In this document: positions 1 to 11,165 of the stretch, one piece after another
Layout of the letters: the number at the start of each line of letters is the position of its first letter
Position numbering within the stretch: the stretch's first letter is position 1
Made by a program: the position numbers and the translations under genes
Notes under the pieces: generated by a model
The model's input: only the letters and a program-made list of their open reading frames with translations
The model's database searches: none
Told to the model about the DNA's origin: nothing
From: an uncultured Bacilli bacterium
Lineage (GTDB): Bacteria; Bacillota_I; Bacilli_A; RF39; UBA660
Length of the DNA stretch: 64,000 nucleotides
Assembly: GCA_934098505.1 (NCBI GenBank)
Contig: CAKOOR010000006.1
Coordinates: 19,655-83,654 of the forward strand
Direction: 5' to 3'

Positions 1-542
1 TAAGCATGAACCGTACTCATTGCCCCACCAACAATCCCAATATTTTTTTCAATTACATCAACAACAGGAGCCATACAGTTAGTCGTACAAGACGCTGCCG
101 AAATTATTTTCTCACTGCCATCTAACGTTTTTTCATTAACATTATAAACAATTGTTTTCATATCACCTTTACCAGGTGCAGAAATAACAACTTTTTTAGC
201 ACCGGCATCAATATGTTTATAAGCATCCTCATACTTTGTAAAATGGCCACTACATTCTAAAACAGCATCAATTCCTAATTCTTGCCAAGGTAAGTTAATA
301 GGATCCTTCTCGCTGTACACTTTTATCTTTTTAACACCAGCTATTATTAAACAATCGCCATCAAAGCCAATCTCGTTTTCATGGAAGCTGCGATGATTAG
401 TATCATACTTTAATAAATAAGCCAACTCCTCAGCACTTGCTAAATCATTAATTGCAACAACATCTAAATCCTTACTTGTAATCATTTCTCTAAACGCTAA
501 ACGACCAATTCTCCCAAAACCATTAATTGCTATTTTTTTCAT
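1..542 (-). CDS. gap: glyceraldehyde-3-phosphate dehydrogenase, N-terminal part (C-terminus runs off the window edge)
   Basis: Reverse translation from ATG at 542 gives MKKIAINGFGRIGRLAFRE (NAD-binding motif) and later SAASCTTNCMAPV (catalytic Cys motif). It is absent from the ORF track because the window edge cuts it. Confidence 0.9.
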   Translation of the reverse strand, partial: MKKIAINGFGRIGRLAFREMITSKDLDVVAINDLASAEELAYLLKYDTNHRSFHENEIGFDGDCLIIAGVKKIKVYSEKDPINLPWQELGIDAVLECSGHFTKYEDAYKHIDAGAKKVVISAPGKGDMKTIVYNVNEKTLDGSEKIISAASCTTNCMAPVVDVIEKNIGIVGGAMSTVHA

Positions 543-865
543 TTTTTATTACCATTTCTTTCCTAATTTTTTCTTTAGTTTTATTTTTAAACATTAATCT
601 TTAAAACTTTTTTAAACATTTAGTATAGATATACTTTCTAAACCTTTAACTATTATATTTATATTATCCAGATTTTATTATTTAATACATGAATATTATT
701 TATTGACTTTAGAAAATCAACTTTTTATTAAAAATAACTAAAATTTTCTTGCCAAATAAACAATAATTACTTATTATACTATATACATATAACATAATAA
801 GTCACAATAATTATTTTCCTTATTATATTATAGGAAATTCTAACACTAATTATTAATAGATTTAT

Positions 866-2524
866 TTAATTTTCAAAACACGATCCTCCTATAAATTCAC
901 GTAAGACACAATCCTCAGCAATGTACTCACTAGAAATAGGATAGTAACTCTTCAAGAAATTTATTAGCCGACGTGCTTCTTCATAATAAACCGAATCCGT
1001 CCCTACTGAATATAATAAAGGTTCCGCAAATACTTTCAAGACCCCAATCTCATAAACAAGCGAAGTATTTATAATAACATCACTAGTATTTATATAAGGA
1101 AATATATATTTTTCTTCCCCACTTCGAACATCTTGCCAAGAGCAAATAGTCTTACTAACATCATTACCACGAGTTCGGTTATCCCTTACCATTCTTCTTA
1201 TCAATCTTAAATCAGTTGTACTTACATAGTTATTACTATCTAAATTTAGTGGCATAAAAGGACTCAAATAAATTTTATATTTTATATCCTTATCAATATA
1301 TGGTGTCAAAGCATCATTTAAACAATGCAACCCTTCCATCAAAATAATACAATCTTTGGTAATTTTAGTCTTACCATTAACATACTCTCTAATTCCTGAT
1401 ACAAAGTTATAAGTAGGCAAAGCCACTTCTTCCCCAGCAAGTAAAGCATTAATATCTTTATTTAAATCTTCAACATCTACCGAAGCAATACTTTCAAAGT
1501 CGTAGCGCCCATCTGGTAACCTAGGTGTATCTACTCTATTTTTAAAATAATCATCAACACTAATCGTCAAAGTTTTAAGACCTCTAGCTTGTAAATCTAA
1601 AGATAATTTTTTACATGTTGTTGTTTTACCACTACTAGATGGTCCTGCAATCATTACAAATTTACTATTTTTTTCTAATATTTTAGAAGCTACTTCATGA
1701 ATTTTATTATCGTAATTTATTTCACTTAGTCTTATCAAGTCTTTTATCTTGCCACTGGCAACCACTTTATTAACTTGATAAACATAAGGAATATCACATT
1801 TATTTAACCATTCTTTTTCCTTTTTAAAACAATCAATAACCTTTTCATAATGAATATAAGATGGTACTTCATTTTTGCTTCTCGGTGTTGGAAACAATAA
1901 AACAATTTCTTCTTCATTTAACGCTACTAAATCAAATCGCTTTAAACAACCAGTACTATAAGGCATTTCCACATAAAAATAATCAAAATAATTTTCTAAT
2001 TTATACAAAGTAACTAAGGCATCATCAATATTTAAAACATTAAAGCAATTAGCAACTTTTCCTTCTTTTTTATAAAATTCAACCATTTCCTTGCTTAAAA
2101 CATTCATTTTCAATATACGTAAATCATCATTTATAATCTTAGTCATTCGTTCTTTAATTTTAATTATTTCTTTATTTGCTATTTTTAATTTGCTTACAGT
2201 AATATGCATGCCTCGCATAATCGAATGGTCAAAATTAATAACAACTTCTTTACCATAAATATCATATACTGCCGCTAAAAAAACAAATTTTAATCCGGCC
2301 TGATACATTTTATAGCCAGCCAAATCATTACTATCAATAAAATTAATACAACAATCTTGTTTTAATTTAGTATCAAAACTGACAATAGCATTATTAATCT
2401 TAGCGCCAACTAACCTAGTCTTTACATCAATTGGTAATTGCTTGACAATATCAATAATTTTTGTATTTTTATTCACTAATAATCTTTTACCATTATTATA
2501 AGTAACACTTATTTTATTATCCAT
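866..2524 (-). CDS. uridine kinase-family nucleoside kinase with N-terminal TGS/ThrRS-like domain
   Basis: 552 aa. P-loop GPSSSGKTTT in the C-terminal half. The architecture is typical of long Udk-like proteins of Firmicutes. Confidence 0.6.
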   Translation of the reverse strand: MDNKISVTYNNGKRLLVNKNTKIIDIVKQLPIDVKTRLVGAKINNAIVSFDTKLKQDCCINFIDSNDLAGYKMYQAGLKFVFLAAVYDIYGKEVVINFDHSIMRGMHITVSKLKIANKEIIKIKERMTKIINDDLRILKMNVLSKEMVEFYKKEGKVANCFNVLNIDDALVTLYKLENYFDYFYVEMPYSTGCLKRFDLVALNEEEIVLLFPTPRSKNEVPSYIHYEKVIDCFKKEKEWLNKCDIPYVYQVNKVVASGKIKDLIRLSEINYDNKIHEVASKILEKNSKFVMIAGPSSSGKTTTCKKLSLDLQARGLKTLTISVDDYFKNRVDTPRLPDGRYDFESIASVDVEDLNKDINALLAGEEVALPTYNFVSGIREYVNGKTKITKDCIILMEGLHCLNDALTPYIDKDIKYKIYLSPFMPLNLDSNNYVSTTDLRLIRRMVRDNRTRGNDVSKTICSWQDVRSGEEKYIFPYINTSDVIINTSLVYEIGVLKVFAEPLLYSVGTDSVYYEEARRLINFLKSYYPISSEYIAEDCVLREFIGGSCFEN

Positions 2525-2795
2525 AAATATCCTTCTATTCTCTTTTAAATTATACCAAATATTTTTTTAAAAGTCTTTTAAATTTTATTACTTTCCTTTC
2601 GCTTTAGAACTCCTTAGCATTTAAAACATCAGTAAAAGCCAAAAATACAAGCTAAAAAAACTAAAAGCAAATTCTAATCATAATCATTTATCGTCATATA
2701 ATCTTTATACTTTTAGTTTTACGCAACACATAATAATATAATTACTTAAATTTTTTCTAAGCTATTTTTAAAAATAATTTCATTAGTTTAATATT

Positions 2796-4166
2796 CTACT
2801 CCCCAAAAACCAAATTTCCAAAGAAAGTTTGATATAGTTCTTGCAGCTTCACACTAACATTATCCTTTTCTTCCTGACTCATATCATTATACATTAAAGC
2901 TCCAGTCGTATCTAACTTATCTATAGTAATACTATTAGAAAGGCTATAGTCATTAGAAACACTTACTTCAGCCTTATAAATAAAGGTATCTAAATTTACA
3001 TTAACTACTAAAGTTCCAACTATGTTTTCTTGTTTATCTTTTAATTTATTAGTTATATTGATATTAATATTCATTCCCAATACATTAGATTTACAGTTAA
3101 AAATTGTAGCATCATTATCTTTTGCATAACTAAAAGTTGCTATTACCTTATTCTTATAATAAATAGAACCATCTATCGAATCAATATTACCAGTAGTTTC
3201 TAGTTTAAGACTATTCTTTGGTAAACTTAAATTTAAACTATTGGTAGTATTATCATAATCAAAATATAGAAAACTGCTATTATTACCTACTTCTAACCCC
3301 ATAAATTTATTAAAAAGACCATTTGTATAAATATTTATTTCCAGATAATCAGATATATTATTTATTTTATTAATAAGTGCCGTTTCTAAATCATCAAAAG
3401 ATGAAACATTATCAAAAAAATTATACGCAATTTTATATAAGTAATATTTAGCATTAGCATCTAATTTGCTATATATACTTTTAATTGTTTCTTTGTCTAA
3501 CCTATAAGTGTACTTATTATAGTTAACGTTCTCATCTTTAAAAGTTCCCTTATTCCGATAAACATTGTCATTTGAAATACTATCTAATATAGCTTGTTTT
3601 AAACTAATAATCGCAGCATTTAAAGAAATATTGTCACTATTTATTCCATCATCAACTGTTAAAATATTATAAAATTTCTGTAACTGGCAAATAAATTTAT
3701 CATCTAAATTACAATCAGCATTAGAAATATCATAAACATTGGAAAGCAAACTTTCACTTTTAATATAGGCCCCATCCTTAGCATAAAGAATTGTTCCATC
3801 AACTAACATTTTATCATTTTCTAAAATACTGCCATTTACTTGAAATTGCCTATCGACATTATTATAAAAACCACTTATATTTAAAATATCATTAGCAAAC
3901 TTATTACCTAAAATATTCTCTTTAATTTTTATCGCTGAAGTAAATTGAATATTTTTTTCTTGCTCTTGATTAGGAGCAAAATTTTCTACATTTTTAAAAG
4001 CTTTAATTACGCTTTGCTTAATGACATATTTAGGACTACTTATTACCCAATATAAATATCCTGTTAAAAAACAAATTATTAACAAAAGAAAAGTACCTAT
4101 TAGAAGCCATTTTCTATTTTTAGCTTTTTTAATCTTTGCATTATTAACACTTATTTTTTCATTCAT
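2796..4166 (-). CDS. hypothetical membrane-anchored protein
   Basis: 456 aa long ORF. One N-terminal TM helix (WLLIGTFLLLIICFLTGYLYWVI). No recognisable catalytic motif. Confidence 0.5.
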   Translation of the reverse strand: MNEKISVNNAKIKKAKNRKWLLIGTFLLLIICFLTGYLYWVISSPKYVIKQSVIKAFKNVENFAPNQEQEKNIQFTSAIKIKENILGNKFANDILNISGFYNNVDRQFQVNGSILENDKMLVDGTILYAKDGAYIKSESLLSNVYDISNADCNLDDKFICQLQKFYNILTVDDGINSDNISLNAAIISLKQAILDSISNDNVYRNKGTFKDENVNYNKYTYRLDKETIKSIYSKLDANAKYYLYKIAYNFFDNVSSFDDLETALINKINNISDYLEINIYTNGLFNKFMGLEVGNNSSFLYFDYDNTTNSLNLSLPKNSLKLETTGNIDSIDGSIYYKNKVIATFSYAKDNDATIFNCKSNVLGMNININITNKLKDKQENIVGTLVVNVNLDTFIYKAEVSVSNDYSLSNSITIDKLDTTGALMYNDMSQEEKDNVSVKLQELYQTFFGNLVFGE

Positions 4167-4267
4167 ATTTGAACCAACTTTCTACTTTAATTATATCTTA
4201 TCATTAATTTTCATATTATAGCAATAAACTTAAACACACTTTATTTTTTTATTATTCTAAAATCTAT

Positions 4268-4299
4268 AAAAGCAAAAAAAGTTATACCACTGGTACAAC
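4268..4299 (-). terminator. rho-independent terminator after whiA
   Basis: On the minus strand, GTTGTACC-AGT-GGTATAAC (8-bp stem with one G-U pair) is followed by TTTTTTTGCTTTT. Confidence 0.5.
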
Positions 4300-4334
4300 C
4301 AATCATTATATTAATTAATAAACTTTATATCTAA

Positions 4335-5276
4335 CTATTCATCGTTTTTGGTATTATTTTGTCCTTTATGTCTTGTTACTAACTCCTTTATTTTACGAAA
4401 ATAATGATTAATACCTGACTTACTTATAGACTTTCCACTCTCCGTTGACACTATTTCTGCTAATTCTTGATATGATGTTTCGGGATATTTAATTCGATAT
4501 TCAATTACTTCTTGAATTCTTTCATCTAATAGACCTACTAAATCATACTTTTTTAAATATTCAATATCTTCTAATTGTTTAAGCCCAGTAATAGTAGTCT
4601 TTTCTTGATTAGCAATCTCACAGTTATTTAATCTATTTACCATATTTTTATGATCACGGTAAATTCTAATATCCTCAAAGAAGAACATACTGTTAATAGC
4701 GCCAAACATTTTCAAAGTATCACTAATCATCTCAGCTTGTTTAACATAAACCATATATTTGTTTTTTCTTTTCAAAATCTTAGAAACCACATTAAACCCC
4801 TTTAAAAGATGAACAATTAAATTAGCATCGCCTTTAGTACTAACACTCATTTCCATATGATAACCACTTGTTTGTGGATTACTAACACTGCCAGTTGCCA
4901 AAAAAAGGCCTCTTAAAAAAGCAATTTTTTCTTCTTTAGTTCCCAACATATATGCATTAGGCATTACTTTGCGACCATTCTCGGTTATACTTAATTTTTC
5001 TAAGACACCATTGGCATTATTATAAGTTAAAATATATATTTGTTTCACTCGAAAACGGTTCTGATTTCTTACGGTCATCTTTGGCCTTATTTGAAAACAC
5101 ATTTTCATCAAGGAATATATTCTTCTCGCCACCGAAGCATTTTCGATAGTTAAAACAATTTCATCATTTTTATTATCACTATCAAAGCGAATAAAACCAG
5201 ATAACTCAGCAATTGCTTCGACTACATTAGTGTCCAAATGAGCTATTTCATCTTTTATTTTTGTTGTATAAGTCAT
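4335..5276 (-). CDS. whiA: DNA-binding sporulation/cell-division regulator WhiA
   Basis: 313 aa. It begins MTYTTKIKDEI, has a LAGLIDADG-like middle region (FLRGLFLATGS), and a C-terminal HTH (YQELAEIVS...SKSGINHYFRKI). Confidence 0.9.
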   Translation of the reverse strand: MTYTTKIKDEIAHLDTNVVEAIAELSGFIRFDSDNKNDEIVLTIENASVARRIYSLMKMCFQIRPKMTVRNQNRFRVKQIYILTYNNANGVLEKLSITENGRKVMPNAYMLGTKEEKIAFLRGLFLATGSVSNPQTSGYHMEMSVSTKGDANLIVHLLKGFNVVSKILKRKNKYMVYVKQAEMISDTLKMFGAINSMFFFEDIRIYRDHKNMVNRLNNCEIANQEKTTITGLKQLEDIEYLKKYDLVGLLDERIQEVIEYRIKYPETSYQELAEIVSTESGKSISKSGINHYFRKIKELVTRHKGQNNTKNDE

Positions 5277-5678
5277 TTTTTATTTCTCCCATAATAAAGT
5301 AAAGTATTTTCCATACAAAACTTTATAAATTTTTCTTAATTTTTATCAAAATTCATCTAAACTAGCTATCTTGCTAGTATTTTATAATATTTCTATTAAA
5401 TAACATTTCTATACTAAACTTTATAATTAGTAATATTATTATATCTAAACTTTAATTTTTTTCAAACAAAACTATAAAATTATGCTTCAGTATATCATCA
5501 AATAAATAAATATAGTCTTTTGTGTAATCCAAAACAATATGCTATTCTACCAATCGATGTGAGCAAATACAAGTTATATTCATAAAATTACCCCATTTAT
5601 AACTAATATCAACTAACTATTTAAAGCAATATAACTTCTATATTTTTCTAATTCTAATACCTTACTTCGGCTCACATC

Positions 5679-5726
5679 AAAAAAACTATATTTGAATCTC
5701 GCGCAAACGATTTTCTCATATAGTTT
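5679..5726 (-). terminator. rho-independent terminator after the M23 peptidase gene
   Basis: On the minus strand, the stem AAACTATAT...ATATAGTTT (9 bp) encloses a GC-rich inner stem and is followed by a T run. Confidence 0.5.
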
Positions 5727-5731
5727 TTATT

Positions 5732-6952
5732 TTATCTTGAATACCACCAAACCCCAGTCTTAGGATATCCAGGAGGTTCAATAGAATTAGCAATAAACTT
5801 TGACCATTTACTATAGTCTTCTAAATAATACCCTTTAGAAATACCAAAATGTAAATGAGTACCAGTCGTACATGTATCATAACCACCATATTTATATGAA
5901 GTTGAACCGCCACCAACGGTACCAATAACCGTGTTAACGTTAACTTTATCGCCAACTTTGACTTTAATCGATAAAAGGTGAGCATATTGCATGGTATAAG
6001 CTTTGCCTAATACATTAGCATGAATATAAACCATATTACCACCACAATTTGAACGACGTGTGATAGCAGCGACTGTCCCAGCTGCCGCAGCATAAACTGC
6101 AGTACCTTCAGCATTGCCACCTATATCATGAGCGTTATGGAAAGTTCCTGTATTTAAAACCTGATTACGATATCCCCAACGAGAATTTATGCGTCCTTTT
6201 ACCACCGGTTTTAACCATCCAGCTGAAGCTTGAACTGTCGTACAAGAAGTTAATAATTGAGTTTCACTTTTACATATTGTCTTATAATAATTAATTAGCG
6301 TTTGTTGATTTTTAATTTGAGAATCAATATCTTCATTAATATCATTTATTTCGTCTAATTGATTATTTAATTTAGAAATAGCTTTAGAAGTATTAGCTAT
6401 TTTTTCATCAAGTTGAGTATTCTTATCAGCTAAATCTACCTTTAACTGTTCATTTTCTGTTATTAACTTATCCAAATCATCTATTTTATTTTTATAATAA
6501 CTAGATAATTGCGATACAGCCTCAACCCGCATTATTAAATCAGTAGGACTTGAAGCCCCAGTAATATATTCTAAATACTCATTTTGATTATTACTTAATT
6601 GATAGTATTTAAGAACTAAATCAACATCTTCTTTAGCTTTTACAATATCCTCATTACTCTTTTTGATTTTTTCTTCCGCATCAACAACATCATTAGCAAT
6701 TTGTTGTTGTTCTTGTCTAGCATTTTCTACCGCTTGCTTATTTTGATTTATTTGATTTTGCGTTTGTTTCTTTTCTTTTTGAGCATCAGTTTTTTGTTGT
6801 TTTAAAGCTTCTAGTTCCTTTTTTAAACCAGCAATCGTAGTCGCCTTACTAGTATTAGTAACAGCCATAACACTAAAGGGTTCAATAAAATATGGTATTA
6901 ACATTAACACAACTAGAATTAATCTAAAACTATAATTTATAAACTTTTTCAT
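5732..6952 (-). CDS. coiled-coil M23 family peptidase (PcsB/EnvC-like partner of FtsEX)
   Basis: 406 aa. Signal/TM at the N-terminus, a long Q/K/E-rich coiled coil, and a C-terminal M23 domain (HNAHDIGG...GTHLHFG). It lies immediately downstream of ftsEX. Confidence 0.8.
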   Translation of the reverse strand: MKKFINYSFRLILVVLMLIPYFIEPFSVMAVTNTSKATTIAGLKKELEALKQQKTDAQKEKKQTQNQINQNKQAVENARQEQQQIANDVVDAEEKIKKSNEDIVKAKEDVDLVLKYYQLSNNQNEYLEYITGASSPTDLIMRVEAVSQLSSYYKNKIDDLDKLITENEQLKVDLADKNTQLDEKIANTSKAISKLNNQLDEINDINEDIDSQIKNQQTLINYYKTICKSETQLLTSCTTVQASAGWLKPVVKGRINSRWGYRNQVLNTGTFHNAHDIGGNAEGTAVYAAAAGTVAAITRRSNCGGNMVYIHANVLGKAYTMQYAHLLSIKVKVGDKVNVNTVIGTVGGGSTSYKYGGYDTCTTGTHLHFGISKGYYLEDYSKWSKFIANSIEPPGYPKTGVWWYSR

Positions 6953-6953
6953 A

Positions 6954-7862
6954 TTATATTTTCAAATACTTTCTAACGGCTCTACTACTACCAAACATAC
7001 CAACTAAGCCACCAACAGCCATCAAGATTAGAGAAACAAACCATATTAAATTCATTGGTTTAATCAACTCAACAATATGTGAAAATAAATAGCCGTCAAA
7101 ATGATCATAAATTAAAATATAACCATAAACCGTAATAATGATAGGTATGATAGAACCAATAATTCCTAAAATAAATCCTTCTATAATAAATGGTTGGCGA
7201 ATAGCAAAGTTACTAGTTCCAACTAATCTCTTTATCTCTATTTCATTTCGTCTTGAAAAAATAGTTAACTTAATCGTGTTACTTATCAAAAAGGCTGTTA
7301 CTAATATTAAAGCACATACAATAACAATCATAGCCTTCTCGACAACATCAAAGATAAAGACCATCTTATCAACACTATCTTCGCCATATTTAGCCGATTT
7401 AACACCTTCCATATTACGAATTGCACTAGCCACATAAGATAAACTTTTAATATCCGTAACTTTAACCGTAATTGAATCTAACAAAGGATTGGTATCAAGA
7501 TAACTTAATGTTGCCCCTAATTCCTCACTAGAATCAATCATTTCCTGTTTCCATTCATCTTTTGACTTATATATTAAAGATTCATAATTTTTTAATTGCT
7601 TTATTTCTTCTTCAATCGTATTCTTTTGTTCTTCAGTGACATCCTCTTTTAAGTAAACAACAATAGTCAAAGTTTCTTCTAATCTCTTCGTAAAATGATC
7701 AACATTTGCACTTATAATCATTGCAATTGCTACTAAAACAAGAGTTATAGTTATACAAGTAATACTAGCTATCGAAAGACTAAAATTTCTAAAAACACTT
7801 CTAACTGCATCACGAAAATTTCTAATTAAGATTCTCATGTACTTCATAAACCTTATATTCAC
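6954..7862 (-). CDS. ftsX: cell division permease-like protein FtsX
   Basis: 302 aa. Topology is TM, large extracellular loop, then three C-terminal TMs. It overlaps ftsE. Confidence 0.85.
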   Translation of the reverse strand: MNIRFMKYMRILIRNFRDAVRSVFRNFSLSIASITCITITLVLVAIAMIISANVDHFTKRLEETLTIVVYLKEDVTEEQKNTIEEEIKQLKNYESLIYKSKDEWKQEMIDSSEELGATLSYLDTNPLLDSITVKVTDIKSLSYVASAIRNMEGVKSAKYGEDSVDKMVFIFDVVEKAMIVIVCALILVTAFLISNTIKLTIFSRRNEIEIKRLVGTSNFAIRQPFIIEGFILGIIGSIIPIIITVYGYILIYDHFDGYLFSHIVELIKPMNLIWFVSLILMAVGGLVGMFGSSRAVRKYLKI

Positions 7863-8535
7863 CTCTTTCTACATCGCTTACTTTGACACCATCTTCAATA
7901 GTAATTACTCTTTTTTTCATTCTATTAACAATATCTTTATCATGGGTAGCCATTACCACTGTAGTTCCTAATTCTTTATTAATTCTATTTATAGTTTTCA
8001 TTATATCTTTAGAAGTTTCAGGATCTAAATTTCCTGTGGGTTCGTCACATATTAACACTTTAGGTTCGTTAACAATGGCACGAGCAATACATACCCTTTG
8101 CATTTCTCCGCCAGATAACTCTTTTGGCATACTTCTTACTTTTTCTTTCAATCCAACTAATTCTAAAGCCATCATTACTTTTGGCTTAATTTCACTAGCC
8201 TTAAAGCCTTGCGTTTCTAAAGGAAAAGCTACGTTTTCATAAACCGTTAACTTAGGTAATAATTTGAAATCTTGAAAAACAACTCCTAATTTTCGACGTA
8301 ATTTATAAACTTTACCATTTCGTAATTTTCCAACATTAATTCCACCAACGAAAACTTCACCTTCAGTTGGTCTTTCCTCCCGATACAACATTTTAATTAA
8401 TGTTGATTTGCCAGAAGCCGTTGGACCGATAATAAAAACAAATTCACCTTTTTTAATACTTAAGTTTATATTTGCCAGCGCTGTTACACCATTTTTATAT
8501 ACTTTTGAACAATTCTTTATTTCAATAAATTTCAC
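7822..8535 (-). CDS. ftsE: cell division ATP-binding protein FtsE
   Basis: Walker A GPTASGKST, signature LSGGEMQR, Walker B LICDEPTGNLD. I prefer the GTG at 8535, preceded by AAGGTGG, over the TTG at 8574 used by the ORF track. Confidence 0.9.
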   Translation of the reverse strand: MKFIEIKNCSKVYKNGVTALANINLSIKKGEFVFIIGPTASGKSTLIKMLYREERPTEGEVFVGGINVGKLRNGKVYKLRRKLGVVFQDFKLLPKLTVYENVAFPLETQGFKASEIKPKVMMALELVGLKEKVRSMPKELSGGEMQRVCIARAIVNEPKVLICDEPTGNLDPETSKDIMKTINRINKELGTTVVMATHDKDIVNRMKKRVITIEDGVKVSDVERGEYKVYEVHENLN

Positions 8536-8594
8536 TACAACCACCTTACCATAATCAATATAACACAATTTCAAGAAAAATAAAAGAATAATGC

Positions 8595-9686
8595 CTAATC
8601 GCTATTATTCTCTACAACTAAATATTTAGTATATTCATTAATAACCATATTTATTATTGGTAATATTCTTTTCACTTGGCGATAAGAACTATCATCATAA
8701 CTGGTTTTCGCACTAGCAAGCACAATAATTGGATGATACCCAAACAAAATACCAGACGATATTGTAACATCTTTTGTAAATCCTTCTTTAGTAGCACTAC
8801 TAATATTAGGAATTGTATCCTTAAAATAATTAAAAACATTATTAGAAAGTAAGTTTAAGTATTCTTCACCCCAACTACTTTCCGTTGCAAAATGATATAT
8901 TTCTTGCCAAATTATTGCCATACTTCTTAAATCAGTTAGTCCCCAAGGATTATACAATGATAAATGTAATTTATTAATACCTAATTCATCTAACATAGCA
9001 TTATAACCGCTAACACCAAAGTGCCCATGTAACATTTTATACGCAATATTATCACTATTAACCACTGTATATTTTATTAAATCTCGTACGGTATACATTG
9101 TTCCAACCGGACTCTCTTTAACTAAACCAGTACCATCATTATAATAATTATAAGTGTAAGGTATTTCTTCATCCAAATTTATCATTTCCAAACTTACCTG
9201 TTTATAAAGATATAAACAATATGCAGCTTTAATCACACTTGCTGTTTGATAAATATTATCAACATTATAACCAAGCGATGTTCCATTCTCTAAATCAATT
9301 ATATAAAAAGAAGAATTAGATTTATAAGAATTTATAGTTTGATAAAACAAATTTTTTATCCCTTCACTCATTTCATAATTACTATTTAATATTGTTATCT
9401 TATTTTTAGTATAAACATAACTATTAATATCCAATTTTTCCAAATCAGTGTTATTTATTTCTTCCAAATTAAAATTGCTTTTATAAATATAATCTGTTTT
9501 TTCTTCTTGATTCTTTAATAAATCCCTATTTTTTTCAAAAAAATTATTTTTAGTAAGAGCATCAGCTTTAACATCGCCATATGTTCTTTCAATGTATAAA
9601 TTAACACTTTTACAAGCAAGTATACCAATAATGCCACCAACTAATATTAAAATTACCAAGTATTTTATAAGTCTTTTCATTATCAT
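8595..9686 (-). CDS. class A beta-lactamase-like serine hydrolase, membrane anchored
   Basis: 363 aa. N-terminal TM, SxxK motif (ASVIKA) and SDN motif (VVNSDNIAY). Confidence 0.6.
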   Translation of the reverse strand: MIMKRLIKYLVILILVGGIIGILACKSVNLYIERTYGDVKADALTKNNFFEKNRDLLKNQEEKTDYIYKSNFNLEEINNTDLEKLDINSYVYTKNKITILNSNYEMSEGIKNLFYQTINSYKSNSSFYIIDLENGTSLGYNVDNIYQTASVIKAAYCLYLYKQVSLEMINLDEEIPYTYNYYNDGTGLVKESPVGTMYTVRDLIKYTVVNSDNIAYKMLHGHFGVSGYNAMLDELGINKLHLSLYNPWGLTDLRSMAIIWQEIYHFATESSWGEEYLNLLSNNVFNYFKDTIPNISSATKEGFTKDVTISSGILFGYHPIIVLASAKTSYDDSSYRQVKRILPIINMVINEYTKYLVVENNSD

Positions 9687-9764
9687 AAACCCTTTATCTC
9701 CATTTTTATATGATAATCTAAATCCATTATTATCACACAGATATTATTGTATAAATCATATTTT

Positions 9765-10652
9765 CTAAAATAAACCTTGTTTTTTATTCTTTTTTCCACC
9801 TGTTACTTCATAACAATCACTTACAACAATAAACGCGTTTGCATCTATTTCTAAAATTTTTTCTCGAAATGCATTGTAAGATCTAGTTGGCACTACTATT
9901 TGCAGCATTTTACCCTTTTCAAACATAAAGCCACCTGTCGTATCAAGGATTGTAACTCCAGTTTGCATATTATTAATAGCATATTCTTGAATCTTACGAT
10001 ATTTTTTACTCGTAATTAAAAACATTTTACTAGTAGAAATACCAATAATAATTTTATCAACTATATTAGTAGAGATTATTAGTAAAATTAATGAATATAT
10101 AGCACTCGGTATACCAAAGACCAATATTCCTAGTAATATAATTACTGTATTCATCAAGAATTGTGAATTACCTTCTGTTAAATGTTGATATTTATGAATA
10201 ATTTTCATAATAATGTCGCTGCCACCTAATGTAAATCCACTTTTGTAGACTAACCCATTACCAATGCCAAACAAAACACCAGCAATTATTATAAGAATAA
10301 CTATACTGGAAAAATTTAAAAATGGTGCAATTAAATCACATAATGGTTTAACAAAATCAATTAATAATGGATAAAGAATTGCTCCAATTATACTATTATA
10401 TGTTGTATCTTTATCTAAGGTAAAATATGACAATATTAATAAAAAGATACTACTGCCAAAAATAAAATAAGATGGTTTTATATTACATAAATAATTCAAC
10501 ATAGTAGCAATACCAGTCATCCCACCAATATTAAATTCATTTGGTAAAACAAATAAGTTATAATTAAATGCTAAAATAACTATGCCACATAAAAATACAC
10601 CTGAATTTTTTATCTTTTCTTTATCAGCCATTTGTCTAATTATTTTTCTCAT
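9765..10652 (-). CDS. YitT family membrane protein (DUF2179 C-terminal domain)
   Basis: 295 aa. Multi-TM with GGMTGIA and GGSDII motifs, plus a soluble C-terminal domain. Confidence 0.8.
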   Translation of the reverse strand: MRKIIRQMADKEKIKNSGVFLCGIVILAFNYNLFVLPNEFNIGGMTGIATMLNYLCNIKPSYFIFGSSIFLLILSYFTLDKDTTYNSIIGAILYPLLIDFVKPLCDLIAPFLNFSSIVILIIIAGVLFGIGNGLVYKSGFTLGGSDIIMKIIHKYQHLTEGNSQFLMNTVIILLGILVFGIPSAIYSLILLIISTNIVDKIIIGISTSKMFLITSKKYRKIQEYAINNMQTGVTILDTTGGFMFEKGKMLQIVVPTRSYNAFREKILEIDANAFIVVSDCYEVTGGKKNKKQGLF

Positions 10653-10724
10653 AACTATCTTACCTCTATTATAATAATACTATATTTTTTAATTTTTGCA
10701 TATAGTTAGTGAGGTGAATTTAAA

Positions 10725-11165
10725 ATGAATGGAACATATTATCAAAACCCTACTTTTCCAACAAATCAAAATAATTATGATGTTAATATGAATTCAATTC
10801 CTAATAGTCAAAGTATTCCTACTAATACAAACATACCAAACAATAACAGCCTACCATCAACATTAAACAATTATAATCAAGACTATACATCAGGAACATC
10901 GCTTCCAATGGAACAAAGTTATATTGAAAATATTTTAAGACTAAATAAAGGAAAAATGGTTAAAGCTTATGTTAGTTTTCCTGATTCTACTGAATGGCGT
11001 AACAAAATTTTTGCCGGCCGTATCGAAGAAGCGGGACGAGATCACTTAATCATTAGTAATCCAAACACCGGCGAATGGGATTTAATTTTAATGATTTACT
11101 TAAATTACGTTACCTTTGATGAAAGAATAAATTATAGCCATAGTTATTCGCAAAAGAACTTCTAA
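10725..11165 (+). CDS. gerQ: spore coat protein GerQ
   Basis: N/Q-rich N-terminus. The conserved C-terminal block is YVSFPDSTEWRNKIFAGRIEEAGRDHLIISNP...LILMIYLNYVTFDE. RBS GAGGTGA lies upstream. Confidence 0.75.
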   Translation: MNGTYYQNPTFPTNQNNYDVNMNSIPNSQSIPTNTNIPNNNSLPSTLNNYNQDYTSGTSLPMEQSYIENILRLNKGKMVKAYVSFPDSTEWRNKIFAGRIEEAGRDHLIISNPNTGEWDLILMIYLNYVTFDERINYSHSYSQKNF

